A DNA stretch of 64,000 nucleotides. Origin: an uncultured Gammaproteobacteria bacterium (GTDB lineage: Bacteria; Patescibacteriota; Patescibacteriia; UBA9934; GWF2-40-263). The stretch lies in the NCBI GenBank assembly GCA_964399675.1, contig CAYNRK010000003.1, positions 9,033-73,032 of the forward strand. Reading direction: 5' to 3'. Under the pieces are notes generated by a model. The model did no database searches, was not told the DNA's origin, and was given only the letters and a program-made list of their open reading frames with translations. The position numbers and the translations under genes were made by a program. Numbering within the stretch: the first letter of the stretch is position 1; every line of letters begins with the position of its first letter. Positions 10,657-21,453 of the stretch are shown in pieces.

Positions 10657-13600
10657 ATGATTCACATAACGTCAAAAGCTAAGCGGCAATTCGCAGCGGC
10701 GTTTTTTGTGTTTGCAATAATTTTTTCATCAGCAATTGGAATTTTTGTTTCTTCAAACGAAGTGTTGGCCGATAGCCCAAACAAGATGGTACGAATTAAT
10801 GCAGCTGGTGCTATGGTTGCATGTCCTAAAGTAGCATCTCCTTCGCCTCCTTTGCCATGTGTTCCAGAATCCGTCTTGCTAACTTCCAAAGAAGCAGATG
10901 AAAACATGATCAAGCCAGCGCAAAGAATGATTATTGCTCAGGCTCTCATGAACCTCACACAATTTGTTCTTAACAGACTTGCTTACGAAGCAGCGGTTAT
11001 TGTTGCAGCTGGTGGAATAGGGCAAGATTCAATGTTCTACGAAAAAAGTCCCACAGAAGCATGGGGTGACTTTGGTCTTGATATTGCAGGAGAAGCAGTG
11101 GGAACTCTTTCGGATACATTAGAGGATACTTTTGGTTTTGGATTAGACTTGTGTAAACCCCCAAACCAACTTTTAAATTTAAATTTGGCCATTGGTTTTA
11201 AGCAGGAATATCAACCAGGTGACATAAAATGTGACATCATGAAGGTTGGACAAAATTGGAAAGAAGCCTTTACAAACACATTTGGTTTTTTGGAAAGTCC
11301 GGCAGCAATTAAGGAAGCAACTCTTACAAAATTTGCACAAAGCCTGCATCCAGGGCGAAACGAACTAAGTGCTTCAGCAGGCTTTGCGTTTAAAATTCAT
11401 GAAAAGGTTGAGGAAGAGAAACAAAGGAATTTTATTGAGCAAGCAAATAAGGATGGATACAAGGATGTAACCGATTTTGTTACTGGCAAAACCGAGACGC
11501 CTGCAGACACAATGCAAAAGCAATACGAAGAGACGCTTGCCGCCACTTCTGGGCACGAGTCAAGAGTTGATGTTAGTGAACTAATGAGTTGGGGAGATAT
11601 TGGTTTTGGTATGGCAGCTGCTGCTGGATCAACGTTTACAAATACTTTGCTCTCTAAGGTTCTTCAAAATGTTTATGATGGTTTGTTTCAAACAGAGCCT
11701 GACGACATTGATCCGTTTAATATAGAAAGTTTGGCAGGCTCAGGTAAAGAATCAGCACAGGACGCTCTTTCTGAACTTCTTGCAATAAACCCAATCAGTG
11801 TTTCAGATTACAATATATTAAATGAATTTAGTGTTTGTGCTGCATCAGGAGGAATAAATAGAGGGCTTAACAGCTGTGTTTTAGATTCAAGGTTTGCAGG
11901 AGCAATTACAAAAGCTCAAACCGGGCAAGCTCTTACTGTACAAGAAGCAATTGATGCAGGAGATCTTCATGGAGATTGGCCACTTATTTCACCAGAGGCT
12001 AAAGCATTAAATCAAGATCCTTTATGTTATAAGGAAGGGTATTGTTATGGAAATTTGGTAAAGCTAAGAAAGGCGCGAATTCTTCCAATTGGTTGGGAGC
12101 TTGCTGCGCAGAAAAACGATAAAGATAACCCAACCAAGCTTCAGGAAATCGTTGACGGTTTCAGTAAATGTAATGACAACGGAGAAATTGATGACACCTC
12201 AGATCATAAGTGGTGTCATTTAATTGATCCAAACTGGGTGATTAAATATCCTGAGACACAGTGTCGCGCTCAGGCAAACGGTGAGATTCGATTAAGTACA
12301 TATGTGCCCGGTCGCACAAGTGTTTGTGTGGATACTCCAAGCTGTATTGGTGAGGACAATGACGGAAAGTGCTCAGATGGGTTTGGTTATTGTGTGAGTG
12401 AGAAAAATGTTTGGCGTTTTCGTGGAAATGATTGTCCGGCGCAATATGCTTCCTGTCTTTCATTTACAAATACAACAACAAGTGCACAAAGTAATTGGCT
12501 TGTCCGTTCAGTGGACTTTAGTGTTTGTGGACAAAGCAATGCAGGGTGTCAATGGTACAGAACAAATAAGTTTCCAAATGATCAGGGAACAGTGGATGAT
12601 CCAACAGATGATGCGTATGAGTGGTTGGCAAAAGGGGAGACTTATTCAACTTTGAATAGAGATGGATTTTTAGATTACACAGTTGGTAATAACCGCGCTG
12701 CTCCAATGGCTTTGGATTATGTCTATGGAGGAGCACAATCTTTTGTTCACTACGCTTATCAAGATCGTCGTTATCTAACACACAGCGCACAGGCGTGCGA
12801 TGCAGAACAGGTTGGCTGTAGTGAATTGTATTCTGCAAAAGATTTGACCTTGAATATTTTACAAAATCCAAGTTTTGAAAAAGATGAGGATAATAATAAT
12901 ATTCCAGACGCCTGGCTACCAAATGATATAGCAAACGGAAATGAACTGTATTCCGGTCCTGAAACAAATCATGGAACAAATAGTTTGTCTTTAGAAGAAA
13001 ATGAAAGGTACATTCAAAGAGTTCCAATTACTGAAAACAATTTTTATACATTAACTTTTGATGCAAAAGCGCAAATAGATGTTCAAACAAATGTAATAGC
13101 AACAGTAACTCTTTTGGATTATCAAGGAGACAAATTAAATCTAGGTGGGCTTGTAATGCTTGGTGATTGCGATCCGGTCAATGATGATGTGGTAATGAGT
13201 AAAGTCATTAAAAATGAATGGACTAAACTAGAATGCACGTTTACAACACCGCCTGGTAGTAAAACAGCTTCTGTCTCTTTGAATAGAAGCGTTTCAAATG
13301 CTGATGTTGTTTATTTTGATACGTTTCAACTTGAGCTTGGAGAAAATTCAACTCCATTTACTATTGGTTATAACACAGAACCAAGCGGTGGCGAGCACAT
13401 AAAGCTTGCGCCCGGTTATCTTGGTTGTGATGGCATTGATGATCCAAAAGAATGTGAGGGTTATGCGCAAATGTGTCGAGCGCAAGATGTTGGATGTAAT
13501 TTATATTCTCCAAAAGACAATGGTCCTAATGTTCCGGCAATTACAACTGATCTTGATGTGTGTCCATCAGAGTGTGTTGGCTATACAACATTTAAACAAG

Positions 13601-16600
13601 AAAAAACAGATTGGGAGAATGAAAAATTCCCTGTGTATTTTATTGCTGATAAATCAACAGCTTGTCAGGAGCAAAATATTGGATGTGATAGTTTTACAAA
13701 CATCAACACAGTTGCAACCGGTGGGGAAGGGGTTGAGGCTTACACATATTTGCGAGCTTGTGTAACAGAGGGAATGACAAGCAATGCAGCAAATAAACAA
13801 GCTGCGGTTTTCTATACATGGGAAGGTTCTGATAAGGCTGGGTTCCAATTGAAGACATGGAATTTGCTTGAGTCAAACTATTTTCCAAATCCAGACACTT
13901 TGACTTTTGAAGAAAGTAATGTTGTTGAGACAAAGCCGTCTCTGGCACCATGTACAAAACCAGACGTTATTAATGAGGATGAAGTTGTGTGTGATGAGGA
14001 TGCAGCACATGTTAACAGCGAGGCAGTGAAGCAGAATTCAGATTGTGATGAACACGCGGACATTTTTACGAACCCAGACTGTCGTGAGTTCTTTGATTCA
14101 CAAGGAAACATTCACTATCGAGAATGGTCTGAGACTGTCACGGTTGATAACAGCTGCGCACCCTATCGAAAGAATGAGGGAGATCTAGCAAGCTGTAATG
14201 CTTCGGGTGGTTTTTGGACCAATCAAGGTTTCTGTAGATACTTTGGTCTTCAAAAAGAATCAAACAGTTGTCCTGTTTCAGAATCCGGTTGTCGAGAATA
14301 TACAGGTGGTGCAAGTCGAAACGCATCCACGATTATTAATGAGACTTTTGAAAATGAAGATTTTGGTCCGTTTGTTGAACTTTTATCAGCCCGAGTAACA
14401 GCAAGTATTAGCAACGAGTCTTTAGCCTATGCAGGTCATTCTGTAAGCGCTATTGCAAATGATGATAATGGTATTGCAACCTGGGATGCATATGTTGGCG
14501 GGGGAAATAAAAATACTCTTTGTACTGATCAACATCAAACTTATGATGCAGATAGAGGAATGTGTATTGCAGAAAATTCAGTTGATGCTGATTTAAAGTG
14601 TGAGGTTGCAGTTGGGAAAAATGGCTGTAGTCCAATTTCAGAATCGCTTGTTTCAGGAAAAACTTTTATTCTTAGGTTTTGGGCAAAAGGAAGCAGCGGG
14701 TTAAAAGTCGGGTTTAAGCATAGTAAAATGGGTCTTCAAGAGTATTCAGATTTAGTGGATACTGCAAATCAAGATGTGGGTCAAAATCAAATGGCCACAT
14801 TGCCACTTACCGGATCCTGGAAACTGTATGAGCTTGGGCCATTTGACAGCTCAAAGTCAGACTTCTTTTCAAATTTAGCAAAGTTGGTAATTTTTAAATC
14901 CGGAGGCGGTGATCGATTCTTTATTGACAACATAGAACTCATTCAGGTCGAAGACAATCTTGCGATTATAAAAGATTCCTGGGTTGTGCCTTCAACTTGC
15001 GATTCAGCACCAAACGGCTTGCCGGATCCACAGTACTATCTTGGTTGTAGAGCTTATAAAGACAAAGATCAAAAAGACGTGAACTTGTATCAGTTCTCAA
15101 GTTTGTGTTCTGAAGAAGTTGTTGGTTGTGAGGCTTTTTATCAAACCCAACAGTCTGCTTCTGCTTACAAACAGGTTTTCAATGCTCGTTGTCAATATGA
15201 TTCTGATAATAACATGAGCACTGATAATGTGAGCTCAAACGCTCAGGCTTGTGCTGTACAAGGTGTGACATATTGCACAATTCCGGCTTTCCAAAGTTTT
15301 TGTCTGTTTGATGCAACTCAAACATTCCCTGAAAAGCTTCCTTCAAGCGGCGATTTTAGAATTGTTTATGGACCTGAAACCACTATTGTAGATGCGGACA
15401 AGCCAGTCTATGCAGTTAATGATGAATCAGCTAGTTGTTCATCTGCTTTTGCAGGATGTCAGGAATTCGGAAAGCCAAAATTCGAACAGGACCTTTCGCA
15501 AGTCACAGAATTTGAGTCTGTGTATTTCATGAATACGCCGACAACTTATGGTGATGACTTGTGTGATGACGCAGCTCTTTTCTGTGAGGAGTATGAGTCA
15601 ACTTCTGAGGGGAATTTCTATTTTAAAGATCCAATAAGTAAGACTTGTGATTATAAAACAAATGTAAATATTCGAAACAAAAATTATTTAGGCTGGTTCC
15701 GTTCTAATTCAGATGAGCCGTGTTACTTCACGGATGATAACGGTAATGACAAATGGGATGATAATGAATCAGCACATATTGTAAGTGGTGAGAACATGGC
15801 CATGTGGTCAAATGGAGATGTGGATAATTATGATGGTTGGGTTGGAGTATGTGAAAATCAGTATGATATGTGTTCAGAGTTTGTTGATGTGGTTGATACC
15901 GGCGGTGGATTAAATCCTAATGGCGCTTCGTATTATTTCTTAGATGATAAGTCTCTTGATGAAAGTCACCTGCCAAGTACACAAAAATGTGATGGAAAAG
16001 CTGGTCAAAAGTTTGGTTGCGGTTTGTTTAACAATAAGACAAATCCAGAGCTTACGTTTAATACAAACGCATCTTATGTTGCATCCACTCATGCCGATGT
16101 GCTTCTTGATAAAGGAGCAAATGAGCTTATTGATCCAATCAATTGCAACATTGAGGATAATGGTAAATTTACGATTTCAGAGGCAAATAAACAAAAGTTG
16201 AATCTTATTTCCACGAACGTTGATTTGTGTACAAGTCGTTGTGAGTATCAAACAGATGAGGAGGACAGCTTAGAGACTTCGCTCACAACATTTCGTGGAA
16301 TAATTTGGGGCACACATTTTTATTATGAGAGGTCTTGTCTTGTAAATGAGGATTGTCCAAAACTTCAATCTGAAAATGGGGAAAATCTTAGTGGTACTTG
16401 TGGTGTTGCGGCAAGTCAATATCGTTCTGTTAATGACGCAAATACTGTTTTGAAAGTGAATCGTGATAGAACATGTGCTTCATGGTTGGAAGGTAGAATG
16501 GGTCGACAAAGTTGGAATACGCGTACAAATAAATGGGAAACAATTTATAGAGAATTGAAATATTGTGTTCCGGGCGTTGGTGAAAGATGCGAGATTGTCA

Positions 16601-19600
16601 GTAGAGATTCAACTATTTTATCTACCCTTGAATATTCAAAACGCGATGTTAACTGGTCTGGTGTTGATTACTCAGGATTTTCAATTCCAAATCAATTACC
16701 AGTTGAGCAATATTCACAAGAGAATTTAAATCCGGACAAATGGTGTAAGAGAGATGATGGTGATATTGAGTTGAATGAAAACGATCAAGTTAAAAGTTGT
16801 GATGATGAGTCAGATTGTAGCAATAATTATGAATGTAAAAAGGCATCAAAGACATTTATACTCGCTTACAACGCAGGTTCATGTGATAGGTCAGAGGTTG
16901 GTCAAGGCGGTGAATGTAAAATAGGGTTCTGTAGCGTTACAAAAGATTCTTGTGCTTTTGATGAAAATTGTGAGGGCAATGCGAATGAATGTGTGATTGG
17001 TTATTGCCAGGCTGTTGGAAATGTAGGATGTCCTGCAGGCGGCTGTGTTTGTGAATCAAATCCAGATTGTAATGGTGTGATGGCCGATGCTAATGGCAAT
17101 GGAATTGTAGATAATGCAGATTTGACAACTCCAATTTGCGATACAGTGCAACAATTGTGTGTTAACGAACTAATGCCAAATGCCAATAGTTGTGATTCAG
17201 GCTTGAACTCAAGTTGTGACAGCCCTGCTATTTGTAATGTAGCCTTTACGACCTCACAGGGTGCTTGCTTTAACGATAAATGTTTAACAGATATTGTGGA
17301 TACTAATGGTAATGGTTTTGCCAACTCACTAAATGTAGAAGTGGCCAACAAACAAAGTTGTCGTGGGTATCCTGAGATTGATTCACCATTTCCATTAAAA
17401 GTAGTGTCAACTTGGAGTGTTCCAACAAGAGCGGAAGTTGTAGATAGAGATGCTGATGTTTCGTATCAGTCAGAAGCAATTCAAAAAGAGTTTGCGCCTC
17501 AGAATGGTGTTGTGGAAGTAAAACCTGGTTCCAAACCTTTTAGCTATATTAATGGCTATGAAGAATCAAAAGTTTGTGAACCAAATAAAACAACCGGAAA
17601 AGTAACTGATGATTGTTTGTGTTCTTACGATAAGGTTGAGTACGGAGATGGTGTTGATTTTCATTATTATGAGATTGGTGCAAGTGCTGATGCTGCACCA
17701 CCACAAATTTGTCTTGGCGGACCTTTTGCTGGAATGAGTTGTACGGGAGATGAGCAGTGCATGGCTGATAATGTTGCAACAAACGGCACATGTGTTTCTT
17801 ACACAAAAGCACAGCAACTATATGGTTGGCCGGGATATTGTATTGAAAAAGACAGCTCGATTTCTTTGTATGCAAGCACTGACCAAACCGATCGTGCGTG
17901 TTTGACCTGGCTGCCGGTTGATCAGTTAAAAGGCGCAACAGATTTGTTTGCTAAGTACACAGGAGCTGGTTTTCCACCAAGTCAAACTTTGTATTGTGCA
18001 GAGGAAACTGTTGCATATGACATTGCAACAACAGATGTTGGATGTGCTGAGATTTTTCCTGGGGTTGGATATTGTGGATGGGATGAAGATGATGGCACGG
18101 ACGCTGAAATGATGGAGGATATTAATGATGATAATCCTCATGATGTCCTTGATTGTCCAAGTGGGTTTTTTGCAATTATGACAATGTGCGATGAGGAATT
18201 GGCTTTAAATGATTGTGAAAATGGTGATAATGATTATCCGTATTTCTGTGTTCCATATCACTCAAGCAAGATTGAAGATGGAAATGAAATTTTGTGCGAA
18301 CCACCAGATGATGCAACACACCACATTGCAGGTGGTTTTGTACAAGATATTTATGTTGTTCATGATGGCCCTTTTAAAACAAAATATAGCTATTATCAAA
18401 ACTGCACAGTAAGAGGGATTTTACATGAGCACATTGGAAATTATCTTGGTGACGGGGCAACTTCACCGGCCAATTATCCAAGCAGTTCGCCTGGAGATTT
18501 GAGGTATGATCTTGATTATAATTATATTCAGTATTCAGCATGCAAATCTTTGGTTGAGGTTGGAAAAGCAGGTTCACTTCCGGATAATGGTGAAATGAAG
18601 GTTTACAATGTGGGTTGGACAAATCGTTTGTGGGAGGAGAGTGAATATAATATAGAACCAGATGGGAATTTAAAGTTCAATTATTCATACTTAACTGATC
18701 CGTCTTTGTTTGGTCAGTCAAAGAGCTTGCAATCGATTTTAAATACAGATGATCCTGTCCCTCCAAGAGCAATAATGTGTAAGAAGGGTAATGAAGAGAA
18801 AGTGCCAGAAAATCAAGAAACAAGCGCTTGCCCTGCTGGTTTTAATGATTTTGAAGGTAACAGAGAAGCCAGGCCTTATTATGAAGTTAAGTTAGCGTCA
18901 TCTGGATTTGAAGCACCTGTAATAGAATATTGTAAAGAAGATGGTTGTGTTTGTGCTGATATTAAAGAATGTAATTGGCAAAATGATCCAGATCCAAATA
19001 ACCCAGGAAGACAAATTCTGTGTGGAATCCATAGGTGTAATGGAGGAATAAACAACGGTAACTTATGCGAAGATGTTAGTGATTGTCCTTCAAATAATGT
19101 TTGTGATGTAAACAACAATCTTCACACAGGCCAAAACTGGGCTTGTGGTTGGCAGATTTGTCACAAAGGGAAATGTCTTAAACCATGTCAGCTTCAAGGC
19201 GATAAGATTTGTATTGGTGGACCAAATGATCAACAAGACTGTGAAAATACTGCTTTTTGTAGACCAAATCAATGCTACAAAGGGGATTGTACTTCCAAAA
19301 TACCTAAGCCAGGAGGTAATCCAATGTCTGAGCTTGAAGAACCTGTAAAAGCAAAAGAGCGTTTGCAACAAATATTTGCGCGTTCGCTTAGTTTGTTTGA
19401 GTTTGATGATGGACGTTCAGCGATTGCTGACGAGGATTCTCATGTTGACGAAAGTAAAGGAGAATTTGAAGAACCGGATGATCTTAGTTCAGGTGAGGAC
19501 TGGCACTGGGATGTTCGAGCCATGGGAGATGAATATGAGGATGGAACGCCATATGGTCCTAAGGTTATGTCAGTTGGAGATTGTTTGAATACGTTATGTG

Positions 19601-20337
19601 AAGAAGGGCCTGAGGGCGAGTTTAATGTAAATGAAAAGAGTAGTGGAACAGTGAGTGGTGTTGACCAGTTAGGTGTTAGTGTGAGTTTCTTTACCAAAGC
19701 CAATCCAAATCAATTACCAATTCGACGTATTGTTGTTGACTGGGGTGCAGATTATAGTCCGATTGACCAATACTGGCCAACAGATAAACAGAGTGGCTCA
19801 ACAGCCCCTGATAACTTCTACAAAAATTACAGAGGAATTGATTCATCAAAACAAACTCCAATATGTAATGATAGTCCAAACAATTTTGGTGAAAGTTATG
19901 AGGCCTGTAATTCCGGTTATATCTCGTTTAAATATGATTACACTTGTACAAGATTTGATGTACAAACCCTGGAAGGTGAAGAAATGAAGCTGTGTAAAAC
20001 AGATGTAAATAATCGCCTTATAAATTCACCATGTACAGGAAATGCACCAGACACAGAGGTTCCTATTGCAGGTGCAGTTGGCGCGTGTGTGTTCCAACCA
20101 CGTGTGCATGTATTGGATAACTGGGGTTGGTGTACTGGGCATTGTGATGCAGGGGATGAAGATTTTGATAATGGTCCAGGGTGTTATTCTGGTAAAGGGC
20201 CTGTTGGTCCTGCGGAAATTAACGAGTGTAATATTGACGAGTGTCCAGGGAACGGTAATGGGTGTCCAGATTTTTTGGGCGGACTTACAAACCCATGGGT
20301 GAACTTTAATGGATATGTGATTGTAAGGCCGGAGTAG
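10657..20337 (+). CDS. giant (3226 aa) cysteine-rich secreted/surface protein with recurring C-x(4-7)-GC-x-x-[FYW] motifs
   Basis: Single uninterrupted ORF of 9.68 kb; N-terminal signal/TM (FAAAFFVFAIIFSSAIGIFVSS). Over 10 copies of motifs such as VGCSELYS, VGCNLYS, IGCDSFT, VGCEAFY, AGCQEFG, AGCQWYR, SGCREYT. Asp/Asn/Gly-rich. No recognisable enzymatic motifs. Confidence 0.8.
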   Translation: MIHITSKAKRQFAAAFFVFAIIFSSAIGIFVSSNEVLADSPNKMVRINAAGAMVACPKVASPSPPLPCVPESVLLTSKEADENMIKPAQRMIIAQALMNLTQFVLNRLAYEAAVIVAAGGIGQDSMFYEKSPTEAWGDFGLDIAGEAVGTLSDTLEDTFGFGLDLCKPPNQLLNLNLAIGFKQEYQPGDIKCDIMKVGQNWKEAFTNTFGFLESPAAIKEATLTKFAQSLHPGRNELSASAGFAFKIHEKVEEEKQRNFIEQANKDGYKDVTDFVTGKTETPADTMQKQYEETLAATSGHESRVDVSELMSWGDIGFGMAAAAGSTFTNTLLSKVLQNVYDGLFQTEPDDIDPFNIESLAGSGKESAQDALSELLAINPISVSDYNILNEFSVCAASGGINRGLNSCVLDSRFAGAITKAQTGQALTVQEAIDAGDLHGDWPLISPEAKALNQDPLCYKEGYCYGNLVKLRKARILPIGWELAAQKNDKDNPTKLQEIVDGFSKCNDNGEIDDTSDHKWCHLIDPNWVIKYPETQCRAQANGEIRLSTYVPGRTSVCVDTPSCIGEDNDGKCSDGFGYCVSEKNVWRFRGNDCPAQYASCLSFTNTTTSAQSNWLVRSVDFSVCGQSNAGCQWYRTNKFPNDQGTVDDPTDDAYEWLAKGETYSTLNRDGFLDYTVGNNRAAPMALDYVYGGAQSFVHYAYQDRRYLTHSAQACDAEQVGCSELYSAKDLTLNILQNPSFEKDEDNNNIPDAWLPNDIANGNELYSGPETNHGTNSLSLEENERYIQRVPITENNFYTLTFDAKAQIDVQTNVIATVTLLDYQGDKLNLGGLVMLGDCDPVNDDVVMSKVIKNEWTKLECTFTTPPGSKTASVSLNRSVSNADVVYFDTFQLELGENSTPFTIGYNTEPSGGEHIKLAPGYLGCDGIDDPKECEGYAQMCRAQDVGCNLYSPKDNGPNVPAITTDLDVCPSECVGYTTFKQEKTDWENEKFPVYFIADKSTACQEQNIGCDSFTNINTVATGGEGVEAYTYLRACVTEGMTSNAANKQAAVFYTWEGSDKAGFQLKTWNLLESNYFPNPDTLTFEESNVVETKPSLAPCTKPDVINEDEVVCDEDAAHVNSEAVKQNSDCDEHADIFTNPDCREFFDSQGNIHYREWSETVTVDNSCAPYRKNEGDLASCNASGGFWTNQGFCRYFGLQKESNSCPVSESGCREYTGGASRNASTIINETFENEDFGPFVELLSARVTASISNESLAYAGHSVSAIANDDNGIATWDAYVGGGNKNTLCTDQHQTYDADRGMCIAENSVDADLKCEVAVGKNGCSPISESLVSGKTFILRFWAKGSSGLKVGFKHSKMGLQEYSDLVDTANQDVGQNQMATLPLTGSWKLYELGPFDSSKSDFFSNLAKLVIFKSGGGDRFFIDNIELIQVEDNLAIIKDSWVVPSTCDSAPNGLPDPQYYLGCRAYKDKDQKDVNLYQFSSLCSEEVVGCEAFYQTQQSASAYKQVFNARCQYDSDNNMSTDNVSSNAQACAVQGVTYCTIPAFQSFCLFDATQTFPEKLPSSGDFRIVYGPETTIVDADKPVYAVNDESASCSSAFAGCQEFGKPKFEQDLSQVTEFESVYFMNTPTTYGDDLCDDAALFCEEYESTSEGNFYFKDPISKTCDYKTNVNIRNKNYLGWFRSNSDEPCYFTDDNGNDKWDDNESAHIVSGENMAMWSNGDVDNYDGWVGVCENQYDMCSEFVDVVDTGGGLNPNGASYYFLDDKSLDESHLPSTQKCDGKAGQKFGCGLFNNKTNPELTFNTNASYVASTHADVLLDKGANELIDPINCNIEDNGKFTISEANKQKLNLISTNVDLCTSRCEYQTDEEDSLETSLTTFRGIIWGTHFYYERSCLVNEDCPKLQSENGENLSGTCGVAASQYRSVNDANTVLKVNRDRTCASWLEGRMGRQSWNTRTNKWETIYRELKYCVPGVGERCEIVSRDSTILSTLEYSKRDVNWSGVDYSGFSIPNQLPVEQYSQENLNPDKWCKRDDGDIELNENDQVKSCDDESDCSNNYECKKASKTFILAYNAGSCDRSEVGQGGECKIGFCSVTKDSCAFDENCEGNANECVIGYCQAVGNVGCPAGGCVCESNPDCNGVMADANGNGIVDNADLTTPICDTVQQLCVNELMPNANSCDSGLNSSCDSPAICNVAFTTSQGACFNDKCLTDIVDTNGNGFANSLNVEVANKQSCRGYPEIDSPFPLKVVSTWSVPTRAEVVDRDADVSYQSEAIQKEFAPQNGVVEVKPGSKPFSYINGYEESKVCEPNKTTGKVTDDCLCSYDKVEYGDGVDFHYYEIGASADAAPPQICLGGPFAGMSCTGDEQCMADNVATNGTCVSYTKAQQLYGWPGYCIEKDSSISLYASTDQTDRACLTWLPVDQLKGATDLFAKYTGAGFPPSQTLYCAEETVAYDIATTDVGCAEIFPGVGYCGWDEDDGTDAEMMEDINDDNPHDVLDCPSGFFAIMTMCDEELALNDCENGDNDYPYFCVPYHSSKIEDGNEILCEPPDDATHHIAGGFVQDIYVVHDGPFKTKYSYYQNCTVRGILHEHIGNYLGDGATSPANYPSSSPGDLRYDLDYNYIQYSACKSLVEVGKAGSLPDNGEMKVYNVGWTNRLWEESEYNIEPDGNLKFNYSYLTDPSLFGQSKSLQSILNTDDPVPPRAIMCKKGNEEKVPENQETSACPAGFNDFEGNREARPYYEVKLASSGFEAPVIEYCKEDGCVCADIKECNWQNDPDPNNPGRQILCGIHRCNGGINNGNLCEDVSDCPSNNVCDVNNNLHTGQNWACGWQICHKGKCLKPCQLQGDKICIGGPNDQQDCENTAFCRPNQCYKGDCTSKIPKPGGNPMSELEEPVKAKERLQQIFARSLSLFEFDDGRSAIADEDSHVDESKGEFEEPDDLSSGEDWHWDVRAMGDEYEDGTPYGPKVMSVGDCLNTLCEEGPEGEFNVNEKSSGTVSGVDQLGVSVSFFTKANPNQLPIRRIVVDWGADYSPIDQYWPTDKQSGSTAPDNFYKNYRGIDSSKQTPICNDSPNNFGESYEACNSGYISFKYDYTCTRFDVQTLEGEEMKLCKTDVNNRLINSPCTGNAPDTEVPIAGAVGACVFQPRVHVLDNWGWCTGHCDAGDEDFDNGPGCYSGKGPVGPAEINECNIDECPGNGNGCPDFLGGLTNPWVNFNGYVIVRPE

Positions 20338-20347
20338 TTTTCTTCTT

Positions 20348-20412
20348 GCGTTATTGCGAAGCAATCTTCATATACGAAGATTGCTTCGGCCTTTCAGGCC
20401 TCGCAATGACGC
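20348..20412. repeat. palindromic repeat element (same family) directly after the giant gene; likely acts as its terminator
   Basis: gcgttattgcgaag ... cctcgcaatgacgc form the ends. Perfect 12-bp internal stem gaagcaatcttc-atatac-gaagattgcttc and hairpin ggcc-tttca-ggcc. Confidence 0.85.
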
Positions 20413-20486
20413 ATGAAGTTTTTTGTTTCAATTAGAAAACCCGGTTGCCGAAGCTACCGGGAGTGAAGAGGTTGCAGCGGCCGAAG

Positions 20487-21131
20487 CTACTGCTTGGTGA
20501 GCGTGCCTTCCGAGACGTTGCCGTTGGAGGCCTCGAGCTTGTAGGTGATCAAGGACAGGTCGTCCGAAATCGTGCCTTCGAGCGTGACCCCCGGCTTCTC
20601 GCCGTAGAACGCGGCGCCGGTCACATGGACCATGACGTTGAGTCCCATGTTCATGAAGACCCTGTCACCGTCGAGACCGGTCTCGACTGCGCGCACGCTG
20701 TCGTTCGAGCTGTCGACGTACGCGCCGTTCGGAGCCAGGCCCCAGGAGCCTTCCTCGGTCCAGTTGAGCTCCACGACTGTTCCGTTGTCGTCGGCGTTGG
20801 GCACGTACTCGCGCGGGGCAAACAGGTGGATCGGGCTCTCGAGCTCGATCTCGACCTGGTCGTCGATCTTGACGACCTTGACCTCGCAGGTGTCGGTTGC
20901 CTCGCAGGCAACGTCTCCCTTGACCAGGAAGTCACCGACGATGCCCGCTGGGGCGTTGGCGTTGAGGGTGACCGTGAAGAGCGGCTCGCCCGTGTCCGGG
21001 TTGATGCCGTCCTGTCGGGCCTGCTCGTCGTGTCGAGCAGCCTCGTCGGCCTCGCTGTTGTCGAGATCCGCACCACACCCCAGAGCCAGGCAAAGGGGCA
21101 GCAGTGCGATGAGAAGAGTTCGCTTGTTCAT
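20487..21131 (-). CDS. lipoprotein (signal peptide + lipobox LALGCG), high-GC island gene
   Basis: MNKRTLLIALLPLCLALGCGADLDNSEADE...; RBS GGAG 7 nt upstream of the ATG at 21131. The three other ORFs overlapping this interval look like GC-rich frame noise. Confidence 0.6.
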   Translation of the reverse strand: MNKRTLLIALLPLCLALGCGADLDNSEADEAARHDEQARQDGINPDTGEPLFTVTLNANAPAGIVGDFLVKGDVACEATDTCEVKVVKIDDQVEIELESPIHLFAPREYVPNADDNGTVVELNWTEEGSWGLAPNGAYVDSSNDSVRAVETGLDGDRVFMNMGLNVMVHVTGAAFYGEKPGVTLEGTISDDLSLITYKLEASNGNVSEGTLTKQ

Positions 21132-21453
21132 CGCTTTACTCCGGTTTCTGCCCCGTTTCCTACTCCAGCCTTGTGCTGAAAGCAGGGCGCGGGTAAACAC
21201 ACTTCTGTATATATTACAAGGGTTTTTTTAAATTTTGTCAAGTCTAAATATGGGATCTTTGCGAATTTTAGGTAAATCGTAAAGAATTTTGTGGATATTC
21301 TCTGGATAAAATTTCAAACAAATTTTTTAAAAACAATCAAGCTTTCATTTAAAATTTTTCTTGGCTCTGATATATTGACATTAGGCGAGAAACGTGATAA
21401 AAAATCGCCTCGTTCCTTTCAACAAACAACCTACAGGAACGGAAGGGAGTAGT

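Noticed and set aside
10657-20337. Giant gene as NRPS/PKS or RHS/toxin locus
   Set aside because: There are no adenylation, condensation, KS or AT motifs, no RHS/YD repeats and no C-terminal toxin-like module. The composition and Cys periodicity fit a structural extracellular protein instead.
20445-21231. Stack of four overlapping ORFs in the first high-GC island (20445..21179 +, 20632..21231 +, 20651..21076 -, 20487..21200 -)
   Set aside because: Only the minus-strand frame gives a coherent signal peptide plus lipobox protein with an RBS. The others are Ser/Arg/Thr-rich GC-frame artefacts. The N-terminal 23 codons of 20487..21200 precede the RBS and ATG at 21131 and were trimmed.
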